Shown here: piece by piece, positions 36,998 to 49,370 of the stretch | Position numbering within the stretch: position 1 is the stretch's first letter | How the letters are laid out: every line of letters starts with the position of its first letter | Assembly: GCA_009602725.1 (NCBI GenBank) | Contig: WELB01000029.1 | Span: forward strand, 301,737-365,736 | Direction of reading: 5' to 3' | Source: Spirogloea muscicola | Taxonomy: Eukaryota | DNA length: 64,000 nucleotides | The notes under the pieces: model-generated | What the model was told of the DNA's origin: nothing | Seen by the model: only the letters and a program-made list of their open reading frames with translations | The model's database searches: none | Translations under genes and position numbers: made by a program

Positions 36998-39455
36998 TGC
37001 GACAAGGCCACCCAAGCGTCCAGGGTCTTGAGCGCCCGGCCTGACCGCTGCACTTCCTGGGCCATGGCGACGCCCTCCTCCACACTCGTGGCCACTTGGC
37101 ACGCCACCAAGCCCACTCCGGCATTCAAGACCTGAAACAGCAAGAGAGCGGAGCGTTATAATACGGCGCCCTTCAACGTAACAATGTATGATAACCCTGC
37201 TAAATTCGTGACCACAAGTGCATACCAAAGCATCGGCGACGGCCCCTTGCTCGCCAGCAAAGATGGCCCTGAGGATGCTTGCGTTCAGCTGCTTGTCCCC
37301 ACCCTTGAGGTCCTCTACTGTACACCTCGCGATCCCAAGGTCCACTGCACAAACAGAGATGTTGCTCTGATGAGCACTACAAATAAGAAACAGAATCCAA
37401 TTATAGATGGGTTACGATTAACATGAATACAAATCATAGACGTGCTCCAGGTTGTCCTGCTTACATGGATCGACTCTGAACGAGTGGATGCCCTTTTGCA
37501 ACACCTCCAGCATGTCAGCAGCACCTGCATTTCAAGATAGACATTTATTCGACATGCATGCAGTGACTGGCTTAAGAGCACTTTAAATAGGCCATGCCCA
37601 AAACTTCACCACCGTGTGCAGTGAAAAGAAGGATATCAAGGATAATGATTATAAGAAGTGGCTCAGGCTCACAGCTCTCAGATTTTACCCATGGGTGAGA
37701 TCTCATCCAAGCCTTTTGAGTGAACCACTAAAGCTCGCTTGAGGCCAAGAAGCTGCAGTGACTCTGCCATCAAGGCCACCTGCATCACAAAGATTCACCT
37801 TCCAGTCTTAACTTGGTAGCAAGGCCAGCACTCCATAAAAGAAGCTGAGACTCGGCAATGCTGCTTTCAGCCTCCATTTATGATCAAAGTGCCATACAAG
37901 GAACTCCAATAAAGTATGAGGCACATACCATTCTCTGTGAAAAAACTCCCACGAGCGCATAAGGAGCCATGGCAGGATTGAGCATGGGTCCCAGAATGTT
38001 GAATGCGGTCCGCACTTTCAGTGACTTCCGCACGGGGCTGACAATCTTCATAGCCGGGTGGTATCGTGGCGCAAACATGAAGCCCACACCCACCTCCCGA
38101 ACGCACCTAGCTACACTCTGGACACTTGAAGGCTGTCAGCATTGCAAGTTCTCTATGCCCAAATTGGAACAAGCTTCAGGTGTTGCATTCAAAAAGGCAC
38201 TCTGTGATATACTGACATGATCAGCTGGTGCAACACCATGCACAGTAGTCAAGCAGAGGTAATTAGCTTTCACTTGAGCCCCAGCAGCAGCCTGTGGCTC
38301 ACACGTAACAGCGAGCAAGTGCTATATTCAAGGAGCAAGTGGAACTTTCTCACCTCAGGACCGAGGTCGACTGCAACACCGAGAGCCTCTAGTACGTCCG
38401 CGCTGCCACAGGCACTGGACACAGACCTGTTCCCATGCTGCATGTTCGTGTCGACCACTGTGTTGAGTCTTGCTGCACGTTGACAAAGGCATGCCCTACA
38501 CAAGGTGCGAACCTAGTACTGTGGCTTCGAGAGCAGGGGCTTCAGCACACCTTGGCCACTTTCGCGCCGCACGCGGCTGCAAGGACGCAGGCCCCCGTGG
38601 ATATGTTGACGGTGTTGGCGCCGTCGCCGCCGGTGCCCACAATGTCCAGGACGTCCTCCCCAGCGTGCACTGGGACGCAGCTCCTCCGCATTGCCCTCGC
38701 CAGGCCCGCCACCTGATGCAGCCCAGCCGCCGCAAGTGGCTTGTAGTGAGGCTTCTTGCTCAACTTTAAAAGGGAAGTTGACAGGTGCAAAGTCCTGTAG
38801 AAAGCACCGTCAGACAATTGAGCTGGCTACTGGGCTCTGCCCACCCGCAGGCACATGAAATTGTACTTAGCAAATGGCGTGCCCAACAAACGAGGTGGCC
38901 ACCGGGACGGCAACCGGAGAAGCCTGAACGCATGCGGTTCTCTATCCCTTTATGTTAAGGTTAGAAGTCACCATCTTCTATGGGATTTTACTAAAAAGGA
39001 ATCAAAGAGGGTTTGGGGCAATGCGGCTAGACCTCCTCGGCGGTCTCGCCTTTGGCGCGCAGGAGGACGAGGAAGGCGGCGATCTGCGGCGGCTCGGCCC
39101 CGGCCAGAAGCGAGGCCATGGCGGCCTCCGCCTGCGCCTGCGTCAGGCTCCACCCCTCCAGCAGCTGCTCCAGGACCTGCAAAAGCAGCGGGCCCAGGGT
39201 TTGAACTTGAGCCTCAGCCGAGGAGGGCCGGGCTCCTATCGACGGCAATCGCCGAACCAATGCCGGAGCCGTGGCCGTCGCCGCCTGCGCACCTCGCGGA
39301 GGTCGGCGCTCGCCACGTCCGCAGCCGCCGGCGGCGGCGGCGGCGGCGGCGGGGGTACGTCAATGATGTGATGGCGGGCGTGCGGGGTGAGCGCCCGGCC
39401 CGGGCGGCTGCTGGNTCGCGGCGGCGGGCGCGGCGCGAGCCGCGGCGGCGGCCAT
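36998..39455 (-). CDS. trpD: Anthranilate phosphoribosyltransferase, plastid-targeted (short last exon below 36998 not fixed)
   Basis: Ala-rich transit peptide from ATG 39455; [26 protein letters not shown]...[123 protein letters not shown]... Confidence 0.95.
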
Positions 39456-40249
39456 GGCGGCGGCGCTGCCCTGTGGCCGCGCTGACGCAATGGCGGGAGT
39501 CAGGCTTCCTCGAGGCCCCGGTCTCCTCAAACGCCTTCGAGGAAACCTTGACATTTAATATCATAACTAACAAAGAGAAATAATACAGCAATAGCTCCTA
39601 CGTATACTACTAAGAAGATCATGGCAAAAAAATCAAGATCTGCCCTGCCTCTCGAGCTCCGTCGAGGATATTGTGACACTTCAACGCCGCTCTGGAGGAC
39701 TTTCGTTTACTTTGACGCGGAGACGCAAACTTGAGCACAAGACCCGGCCGTCACGGCAACGGTGGCAGCACTGTCGGCAGCGCTGTACGGTTGTGACTTG
39801 TGTGGCGTGAACAGGGTGCTGTGGTGTTGGAGAGCAAGAGCTTTCTGCCCCCAAGCGCTTTCTGACGCCAGCCTAAAGAGCGTACGGAAGGGCGTGGCCC
39901 CGCAGTCATTGTGCACGTCACTGTTCCACCTGCCCAAATCACGAGCGGCAAGCTTAAGTGGGAGGCTCTGGCTGGGGATGTCTTTGACCCTCAAGTTGCG
40001 AGTCCCCGTACCATCCAATTTAGACTGAAGAGCAGAATAGCAGGGCAGAATGTTTTGGCAGCTTGAATTGTTTGGTTGTTGAAAGTTTGGCATTAGCTTT
40101 CTCCTTGGCAGGAGAAAGCCAGTGGCAACGTGACCCAGCCATTACCCTATATAAGGTTTGGCCTTTCAATGCCCCTAGCTCTTTTTCTCTCTTTTCAAGT
40201 AGATGCAGTGATCGCCTGTAAGGACAGGCTGACCGCCCTGTGCACACTA

Positions 40250-41868
40250 AGGAGGCAAGCTGCAATGTGGCTCTTGAGTTCTTGGGCTATGCGAAAGAAT
40301 TCTCGGATCGGGAAGCTTCTCCTCACACACCATTAATCGCGGAGTGCTCGAATGCCACATGCTAGCTCTTGCATCTAGAATACAAGGGTATCCTGGCAGT
40401 CCTTTAGGGCCACCACTGATGACCTGCAAGAAGTTAGTCAGGTCGAGAAAGTCAAAAACGTCAAGACCGATTTTGAAAGTCAGCAAGTGGGCAATGACAC
40501 TTCGGAGCTTTGTAAAGATTTGGCCAGATTGGCCTGATAAGTGCCCGAACCTCTATGAGGTACGCAAGATGAGCAAGTGGTGGGAAACTGGTTGGATACT
40601 CGGACAGCGAAAGACTCAGCACTAGGAAGCAGTCTAGTCGTTCCCCTCTGCCTGCCTGTCGTGACAGTCTAGGCGGCCTTCGTAAATTGAGCAGCACATT
40701 CTCAAAATGACGATAGAGGTGCTGTAGGTCGTATATATCATCTTGCATCTCGCATGCAAGACTTTTGATGACGGCGGCCTGCTCTTCGACGCTGAAGGTG
40801 CTGAGAACCTTGCACGTATCAGCATATAGCTCGTCCAGGCGCCTCTCTATTATCTTCAAGTGCCTGCTGACCGAGGCTAAGGCGGGCGCCCAAAGGGGGA
40901 GGAAGGATTTCCGGTTGTCGGCCTCAAGCGCCCAACCGCAAGGTCCCCGAGGCAGCTTCGCAAAATGTCGTCGAATATCTTGATTGTGTACCTGTCGACC
41001 TCCTTCTTGATCAAGCCGGCTATCCAGCGCTGCGATGACAGCACCTCAACGAGCTTCTGCTCAAACCCCAAGACCTGCTTGGACCTGCTGGAGCAGTCAG
41101 CCGTACTTATTAAGAATGAAGGTATGGCTGCTTAGAATTGTAGGAAGTTGTACATACGATCGAGCCGGCAACCCTGTGTACGGCATCAAAGACGCCGTCC
41201 TCCACGCCGCGACAGGCCTCGTCGCCCGTGCCGATGAGATTTTTGAGCATGGCCGTGAGGCGGGCCTCATCGGCTATTGCCCTCGGCCCTGTTGATTGAG
41301 AAATATGCTCAATGCGACTCATCGCGGCTTCAGCAAGTGCCTGTATGACGCAGCGCACTGGCTCGTAGCCTGGGAGGGGTCCACCGGCGTGGCGTGCGAT
41401 CTGCTTGCAGAAGCTGGCGTCCAGAGGGATGAAGGTGGCAACGGCCTTGAGTGCCACCTCCTCTTCCGGGGGTCGCGGAATGAAAGCTAGATACTTGGTG
41501 GCGAGTGTGACACCGTCCTGGAACAAGAGCTCGGCTGCTACCAGCAGGAAGCTTAGTGCGTCAGCGAAGCTCCGCAGCGGCGCCGTCCGCACTGGCTTGT
41601 AGTACATGGCCTCAGCGACTGCACGGTACGCTTCAGGGCCGCCGGCTCCGCTCGCCGCCGTCATCACCACCGCCGTCACGCCGCTGCTGCCGCTGCGGCC
41701 ACTGCCGGCCCACGCTGCGGAGCACCGCGCGCTCTGCTGCCACACGACGGCCTTGTGGAGGTGAAGGTCGACGGCGCTGCCGCCATCAGCGTCCTTCACC
41801 GTCAGCTGAATGTCCACCGTGTCGCGGTCATTGAAGCGTGAGCTCGTAGTGGCAGAAACCACCGCCAT
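40250..41868 (-). CDS. BTB/POZ domain protein (plant At3g50780/At1g63850-like family, divergent); 3' end approximate
   Basis: MAVVSATTSSRFNDRDTVDIQLTVKD...LHLHKAVVWQQS...YRAVAEAMYY...ALSFLLVAAELLFQDGVTLATKYLAFIPRPPEEE; continues after an intron (about 41089-41158) as LGFEQKLVEVL..., with further open segments to about 40250. Confidence 0.7.
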
Positions 41869-42190
41869 GCTGGAAGTAAAGTCACTGTCGTTGCCGCCGC
41901 CACCGCGGGCTGCAAATGCTGGCCTCTGCGCGTGGGGAGGGGCTGCCGATAAGCTGACGCGCAGCTGCAGGTGGAATGCCGGCAGCTGGACCTCGCGCAG
42001 CTGCAGCCCAAAGCGACTGCCGAGCTTGGCGGCCGTAGCTTCAATGGCGGCGCCGTCGTCCTCTCCTCGTCCTCGGCCTCGTCCGTAATGTGGCGACGTG
42101 ATGGCCGCTGGCTGGCCGCAGCGCTTGCCCCCACGGTGCACGCAGAGTGCCGCTTACCTGCGAAGGGAGTATATCAGATTGTGTATTATA

Positions 42191-42587
42191 TATGAAGACT
42201 GGCAGTGCGTGGCAGCCGGGAGGGGACCAGCCGGGAGCTTCCGCGCGGCAGTACAAGGACCACCCGGCGGGTGATACCTTTTACCCACTGGCCATGGACA
42301 TCCATGGGTGTTACGGGGGTCGGTGGTCCTCGTTACTTTCGCTGCTGGCCTCTCAAGCTGACCAGCGGCGCCGGGAGCAGGGTGCTGCCCTTCCCGGTGG
42401 CTCGGTGCCTTTGGGTCTGGTGTCCTGCTACCGTATGCGACTGTCTATGTCCCTGCAGCGCTCCCAAGCGCTTGCTTTGCACCGCCGCGCTGGTCGCGCC
42501 CTTGCAGCAGCCTCTGGCTTGCGCAGCGGGGTTGCTCTTCCTCCCCTCAGCTCATCTGACTTCCTACTGCTGACACGGGGGTATTGA
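42191..42587 (+). mobile_element. 5'-truncated RLE-type (CRE/HERO-like) non-LTR retrotransposon; best-preserved copy of the family
   Basis: ARQYKDHPAGDTFYPLAMDIHGCYGGRWSSLLSLLA...LVSCYRMRLSMSLQRSQALALHRRAGRALAAASG...DFLLLTRGY*. Matches the Y..F.PLA.(E/D)..G..G...S..LQR pattern at the end of RLE domains. Confidence 0.8.
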
Positions 42588-43149
42588 GGGCGCCTGTCTG
42601 CCTAGCCTTTGGCTCCGTCAGGAACACCTGTATGCATCTGGCTGGCATTTCACAGCCGATTCTTTCATATCAGCAGCCGCTTTCTTCGCGCGGCATGCAT
42701 GCACTTGGCTGGCCAACACAGCCGCCCCCTGTCCCAGCAGCCGCTCCCTTCTCGCCAGGCGCAAGCAGGGAGCCGCTCCTAAAGGGGTCGGAAGAAGCCG
42801 CCTGCTGCTGTATCGGCTGCGCAAGCCCCACTCAGGAACACGGGGAAGAGCGCTGCGTGTGCAAAGTAATGGATGGCCTGAGAGGCAAGCACATCCAAGC
42901 CGCCTGCTGCTGTATTGACCCGCTCATTAGCCGCGAGTTAGCATATAGAGCGAAAACGTCATCATAATGAAAGGCAATGGATATTAAAGGCCGGCCCGAA
43001 TGCTGGACAAGATCAAGGGATAATCGTTTACAAAAGAGCGCAAACGACTCAGAAATCGAAGAGGCTCCTCTGGATGGCAATCCAGTTACCCCTATTCAAT
43101 TCCGCAAGTCGGGCTACATAGAAGCAGGGCGATACTCGCCCCTCCGATG

Positions 43150-44050
43150 ACGTAAGGTGGCAGCCGAGGAACGACTGATAAGCTGTTCCTGCACTCCTGT
43201 GGATGAAGCACAAGCTGCATACTCTGGTTGTCCAGAGAGTCTACTGACAGCAGATTCTTGGCCGAGTGAGGTACATAGAGAACGTCTTCTAGAGTGGATC
43301 TTCTAGTCTTGCCCTTGACCTTGAAAATGATCCATACCATATTTGTCTCCGTAGCGACAGCAACGGTAATACTCCCACATACGACAACTCGCAATCTTCC
43401 TTCGTAGTCAATCTCTTCTACAAGTCATGTGTGAACTTTCGCCTGAGTTTAATAGCCAAGGACTGTACTCACGACCTTCTTGCTCTGGACGACGTTTCTT
43501 CTTCTGGAGCTTGCTTTTAGCACAGGACTCTGCACCTTCCAGTACCCAGGCTGCTTGCAGTCGTTATGCAAGTCTCTCACGGCCCAGAGTCCCGCCTGTC
43601 CTCCTCCTCGGTCTTGAATCCTGAATTGCGACCAACTATTTCATCGGTCTGCCCAACCAGCGCAAAATCCTAGTATTGGCTCTCGTGCCCCTTACTCTGA
43701 AACTTGTCTCTTCTTCTATTAGATAAAGGAATCAACAAAGTACAAGGGTCTTATGAAATCTACTACATTTCGCAAATAATCACAACGGATAAGGTTCATC
43801 CAAAGTGATGTTGTGTAACTGCACGTACTTTACATAGAACTCGCATCTTCTCGTCCACCCAAGGGAGGTGATGAAGGTGTCAACTATGTATCTCTTAGAC
43901 ACATCCTTTTGGAGGATGGCCACCTGGAGATTGCCAAGGTCTATACTCATCTCAAACGCCTCGAGCTCCTTGATCACTCGCTTAAACTCCATAAGATGGT
44001 CCACAAAACAGAAAGTCCACAGAGCTCGTTCCTTCTTCTACCTTCAGTCT
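43150..44050 (-). mobile_element. Degenerate Ty1/copia LTR retrotransposon gag-protease remnant
   Basis: Gag-like DHLMEFKRVIKELEAFEMSIDLGNLQVAILQ; protease WLLNSGESSHMT (decayed WxxDSGASxHM), followed by TLEDVLYVPHSAKNLLSVDSL; interrupted by stops. Confidence 0.8.
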
Positions 44051-44339
44051 GAGTAGTCTCGGCTGCAAACCCAGCATCTTCTGTGAGCCAGCTAGCTCAC
44101 AGTACACCACCAATATCTCCAGGCTTCAGCTTCACTCGCTGATGCACTCGCAGCTCAGTCTGCATCAAAAGATGACAACACCAAGCCACGGCTGCGGCGA
44201 GTGACTGCTGTACGCCAGTGCTTGTGGCTGTCTCGGCAACAGTGGAGCATCGGCGGCGGCGCTTAAGTGTGGCATTTTGGACTGGGCGGGGTGCGGTGCC
44301 CCTTTTTCGAGCAATAGCCTGAAGTAATAGCCGCCATGA

Positions 44340-45045
44340 AGAAAGTGCGCGCCTATAGAGAAGAGAGGCTGGCAGAGGCCAGCCCGAAAAGACTGGACAA
44401 AGTGATTCTGGTCATGATTCAGCCACTACAATGTAACAACAAATGATGACAGGAAGTAGTGCTACCAGAGGGCGCGAGGACTGTGGGAAGAAGAGAGAAG
44501 TAAAAGTAAGGCAATGGCTGTGAGAGCCAGCCCAAAAGGAATGAACAAGGTCCGATATGGCCGGAAGGTGCAAATGTTATGAACTCAATCTCCCGTGACT
44601 TCTGCAAATAGATTCAATAATCCTTGGTCAACAAACGCAGATCGGAGTGACTAGGCGGAAAAGCGTTGCCCTGTTTCATACCTGGAGGCAGCAGCCAAGG
44701 CACGGCCTGCGCTAAGGAACGCCGCAGAGATGGCAGCTCCTGAGCCTAGCACCTGAGCTAGCGACCCGACGGCATTGAAGTCAGGCTGCTCGCTCTGCTG
44801 CCCTTGACAGCACATTATAGCTAGCCGATAAGCTACTGGAGAGGTCGAGCCAGCAGAACTCAAACGCCCCGTGGACGTCGACTGCAAGCGCGACAAACTG
44901 GTCGCCAGAGGAAGAAGTAGCTCTTCCAAGTGGGCGAGGAAAACACAGCCCTCGTAAGAAGGAACAGGGTCCAAACATTCGGAAATTGTAGAACCGCGAA
45001 GGGTGCCTGCTTAGTTTCCCCGTAGTCAGCAGCAGCCGCAAGTGG
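44340..45045. mobile_element. ~75-bp hairpin repeats plus minus-strand RLE tail fragment
   Basis: Repeats at 44340-44400 and 44460-44565; minus-strand GDQFVALAVDVHGAF... and ...AGRALAAAS at 44660-44910. Confidence 0.65.
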
Positions 45046-45709
45046 GGAAAGGCACTAAAACCTTTAAAGTGCGAAGTCATTAAAAGCAATTAAAGCATAA
45101 AGTGATTTGATGAGCTCTTCGTGCCACTCACCCCACTCAAGTCCATGGCTTAGGCAGGCCTCTCCCAGCTACTGTCTCGTGCAAGAGCTGCTGTTTCCGG
45201 CTGGCCCCCAGTTGCCACCTCATTCTCATTTGAGAACATCATTATTGACAATCTGACTGAGGTGCAGCTCACAACATCATTATCTCGTATCTCAGGCCTA
45301 TGACGGTGCAAGCAACTTCTCCAGTCCCGTGTTTGCCCTTTGCTTCAAAGATGTGAGTCGATGCCATTATGTCGCCGATTTGAGCCGTTGACACGGTCTC
45401 ATGAAAGATGAAGCTAGCTGGCCAACGCCAGATGGCTTCAGGACAGATATCATATTACACATTCGTCAGGATATCTAAGACTAGAATGACAAGAATATGA
45501 GCAGCAGCTAAAAGCACAGACAAAAAGTCTGAAGACAACCACGGCTTCAGCAAAGCCAGAGCTGCAACCACTGATATTCTTGTTTAGTGTGGCAGAACGC
45601 ACTCAACACCCACTTGCAGGCCTTTCGGGACATGTGGCAGACTTCAGCGAAATGTGCAGGGCAGGCAGGTGATATTACTGTGGCGGCAAACTGAATGCTA
45701 ACAGATTAC

Positions 45710-48455
45710 TCAGGCAATGGGCTCCCGCTGAAATACAAAGTGTGCATTGCTCCTGCTGCTCCGGTTGATTCGGATGTCATCATCAAGATAAATCGTCTCC
45801 CAATCGGCGCTCCGTTGAAGCGCCTTCGGAAGGCTCAAAGTGACCTTGGGCAGGTCATTGCTGACTGGCTGCCCCAGCAGCTGAAGTGGCCGCGCAGAGA
45901 ATGTGTCAAATTGGACAAGCCCAGACAAGCTGCCACCCTTCTCCCAGCTGCCCTGCACTGCCACCTCAAAGACGCCTAGCGGACCCAGCCTGAAATGCAG
46001 GACACAAATGGAAGTGCGTCAGAAATGTACCTAGCTATCAAATATGTTACAGGGTTGCTCAAAATAGTGCAGAGTAAGCACCTGATGCAGGCCATGCTGT
46101 TGCCTGGAGACCATTTAGATCTGGGTTTATAAACTACATGCTAGCTGTAACGTGTCTTGTGAGTCAAAAGTAGGCAGGCCATTCACCTGATCTGCGCAGA
46201 ATTGCAGGCGAGCATGCTGAGATCGTCAGCAATGGCGTCGCTGACTGTGTCCTGCTTTCGGTGCTGCACCTCTTGGCGGAGGTGAGAAATCTCAACCCCG
46301 AGCAGTGAGGGCAGCTCCTGCTGTTGCGGAAGGCCATCGCCAGACACAAACCTGCGAGAGTACGTACCACTGCGCCAGCTCAGGAACAACAGCAAGCCGC
46401 CACTGCTACCACTCCTAGTAAGTGCCACTACAAGTAACATAAACATTTCTCTCTATAACTTAGCTCACGCTCTGAGCACAGTTGTGGGGATCTTTGACAT
46501 TCAGCTGCAGCTCGGCTTCCAGCGCAGCACAGCGACCTCACCTGAGGCGCCAATCGCCATAGAGCTGCGGTGCTGGCTGGAGGGGTACAAACGTGCCCTC
46601 CACCACCTCCGTCCGCTCTGAGTTAAGGACGGCCGCGACTTCTGAGCCCGGCAACGCCCCTACATGGGCACCTGCTGGGGCTGGAGCAAGCTGCTGCAGC
46701 TTCTCCATGATGTACTCCACCTTCTGCCGCCCAGCGTGCGGTGCAACCCCAACCGGCCTGAACGCCTCCTGTAGCAACAGCGCTAGAGTCCCATTGTAAA
46801 CAGCAGATGGAGAACAGTACTTGACATTCAGCTCTGACCAGCACAACCGATCATAGATGCTGTTCACGTCTTAGAGTGCTTCTCTTATACGCTTCTCTGG
46901 GCAGGAAAGTGGACATGATTTGTAGAGAATCTCCGACAGCATGGTAATATGAATCTCCTAACAGTTGAGTACTTCAGTAGACAGTGGGAGGCAGAATGCT
47001 TCATACTGGCGTCAGTGCAGACGAAGTAAAAGGCAAAAGATGAATCTCACCTGCTGGCTGAGGCTGTCGAGCGCCTGGAAGAGCGAGCGTTTCAGCTCCA
47101 GGCGCTGTAGTGCAGCACGCACGTGGGCGCCCTTCTCCGAGGAGAGCACCGACAGAGCTGCTGCGGCATCGGCGGCAGCGGCTGCACGCCGCTTGCGCAC
47201 CTTGCCCTCGCTTGCACTCTTCATAGACCAGATCATGGGCAGCGCAACAAGCGGCCCGAAGATGAGCCAGCGCTCGCCGAGTCCAACGGCAGTCGATAGC
47301 TCGAACGCCGTGAAGCGCTCCGCCAGCCCCTCGAAGAAGCCCACAACAGACGCCTCCGCTGCCTCGCCTGACTCCACTGGATTGAACTTGCTCACCTGCA
47401 GGTGAGCAAGTGACTGGCACGCCATTGAGTATCCTGTCGGCGCAGACCACAGAACTCTGTAAAGGACTTGCACGCTAACTCCAACTCTCCAGGAGCTAGA
47501 GATATGGGGCTTGAGAGCGGTGCATTGCCATCTGTTGCACTGGCCCTTGGTCACAGACAAAGGCAGCCCGTGCTCACCGCCTCCACGGTGCTTTCCCACG
47601 CATCACCAATGTTGCTCAGAATGTCCCAATCGAGGTCCAGCAAAGGCTTGCTCTCCTCCTGCCATTGGCGGCAGGAAATAGAATCAAGTAGAAGCTTCTG
47701 GCTGACTTCAAACACAATTAGCACTGTTAGCACTAGGCACAAGTGCATCCCTCAGAGCTTGCAAACAGCGAGCAAGCATACTGAGCAAGGTGCACCAGGA
47801 GGAAGAGGGATTAAGGGCTAAATTTGAGTGATACCTCCTGCTTGGTGTCAAAGTCCAGGATGCCTTTTATCTGCTTGTCAATGACCTCGGGCGTGACGAG
47901 CTGGCCGCCGGTGACGACAGCCGCCACCTTCTCCAGCAGCGTAACCTTGCGGCCGCTGTTCACTGCGGAGTCGACGAGCTCCTGCACCCTCTTCAGCTGC
48001 CAATGGCAGGCCCCGCCAGAGGCACCATAACCGTCAGTCGCTTCGCTAAAAGAGTCATTTTGACTTTGAAACTACCGTTAGTGTTCGTACAATTTGCCTT
48101 GTCATACAATTTGCCTTGTCTGCCACTAATGTAGTACTAACACCCTCTGCATACACCTGGCTGGCTTTTACAGCCGTTCTTTTGATATCGGCAGCATCAT
48201 TCTTCTGCTAATGGAGTCTGTGAGCATCCAAGAGCTGCAGAGACTAACGGCAGGCTAACGGTGGGGGGAGAGAGGGTCTGGGAGCGCACTCTGTCGAATG
48301 GCCCGGCCTGCGCAGCGCCCTGGTCGAGCGCCAGCCGGCCGGGGATGGCGAGGTCGAGCTCCGGCACGGGCCCAGGCCAGGCGAGCACCGCCATGCTCGC
48401 CAGGAGGCCCACGGCGGCCCGCCGGGCGCCATCCGCGAGCGCCACCGCCGCCGCC
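45710..48455 (-). CDS. Plastid PAP/fibrillin-domain protein with long N-terminal extension (start in or above gap 48456-48612)
   Basis: C-terminal LKRSLFQAL...RQKVEYIMEKLQQLAP...LYGDWRL...WETIYLDDDIRINRSSRSNAHFVFQREPIA*; the L.G.W.L and TYLDDD.RI.R....FVF.R motifs are fibrillin-like. Upstream exons include a hydrophobic WLIFGPLVALPMIWSM segment. Confidence 0.75.
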
Positions 48456-49001
48456 NNNNNNNNNNNNNNNNNNNNNNNNNNNNNNNNNNNNNNNNNNNNN
48501 NNNNNNNNNNNNNNNNNNNNNNNNNNNNNNNNNNNNNNNNNNNNNNNNNNNNNNNNNNNNNNNNNNNNNNNNNNNNNNNNNNNNNNNNNNNNNNNNNNNN
48601 NNNNNNNNNNNNGCGCCGGCGGCGGCGGCAGCAGCGGCCGGCGGCGGCGGCGATCGCGGCGGAGATCGCGGCGGCGGCAGCGGCGGCGGAGAAGGACTGC
48701 ACAGGTAGCGCGCCGGGGCCCTCCACGTCACCCAGCTCCCCCTGGGCTGTGCGGGCTCCCCCCCTCCCGAGAAGGGAGGCCCCTAGTAACACAATGATGT
48801 GATTGTGGCGGAGGGAGGAGAGCTCCAATTGGGGGGGTGCTGGGGGCAGGGGCTGCAGGGCCCTCCACGCAGCCCGCGTGCAGCGGCAGCCACGTCGCCG
48901 GCATGAGTGCGTCATCGTCAAGGGCTGAGCGTCATCGCCAGGCTGACGGTTTGCCCGTCAGCCTCTCGGCACAACCCCGCTGCCCAGCCGAGACTTCATT
49001 A

Positions 49002-49370
49002 AGAAATTGCGCGCCCATAGAGAAGATGGGCTGGCAGAGGCCAGCCCGAAAAGAATGGACAACATCCAAAGAGCCACAAAGATGCCTACAAGGAAAATGA
49101 CACAGTTGGAAACAAGACGACGCAACGGGAAACCCAGTAACCCCTGCTAAGCAGCCGCAGGTTGGAGAAACCGGGCTCCTGGTAGCGGGTCCCCAGGCCA
49201 GAGCCAAAGGCCGCAGCAAGGGCACGACCGGCACGAGACTTTGGAAGATGAAGCTCAGAGAAACTTGGAAGCCTTCTTTGAAAGGAAGCCGGCTCATCGC
49301 CCAATGTGCTCTCGCCATCCTGCTGGCCTTCCTCAGCGACTTCCCTATGTGTAAGAGCATTGTCTCTCGC
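49002..49370. mobile_element. ~75-bp hairpin repeat (+) adjacent to a minus-strand RLE tail
   Basis: 49002-49075 aagaaattgcgcgcccatagagaagatgggctggcagaggccagcccgaaaagaatggacaacatccaaagagcc; minus strand ...SRAGRALAAAFGSG...NLRLLSRGY. Confidence 0.7.
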
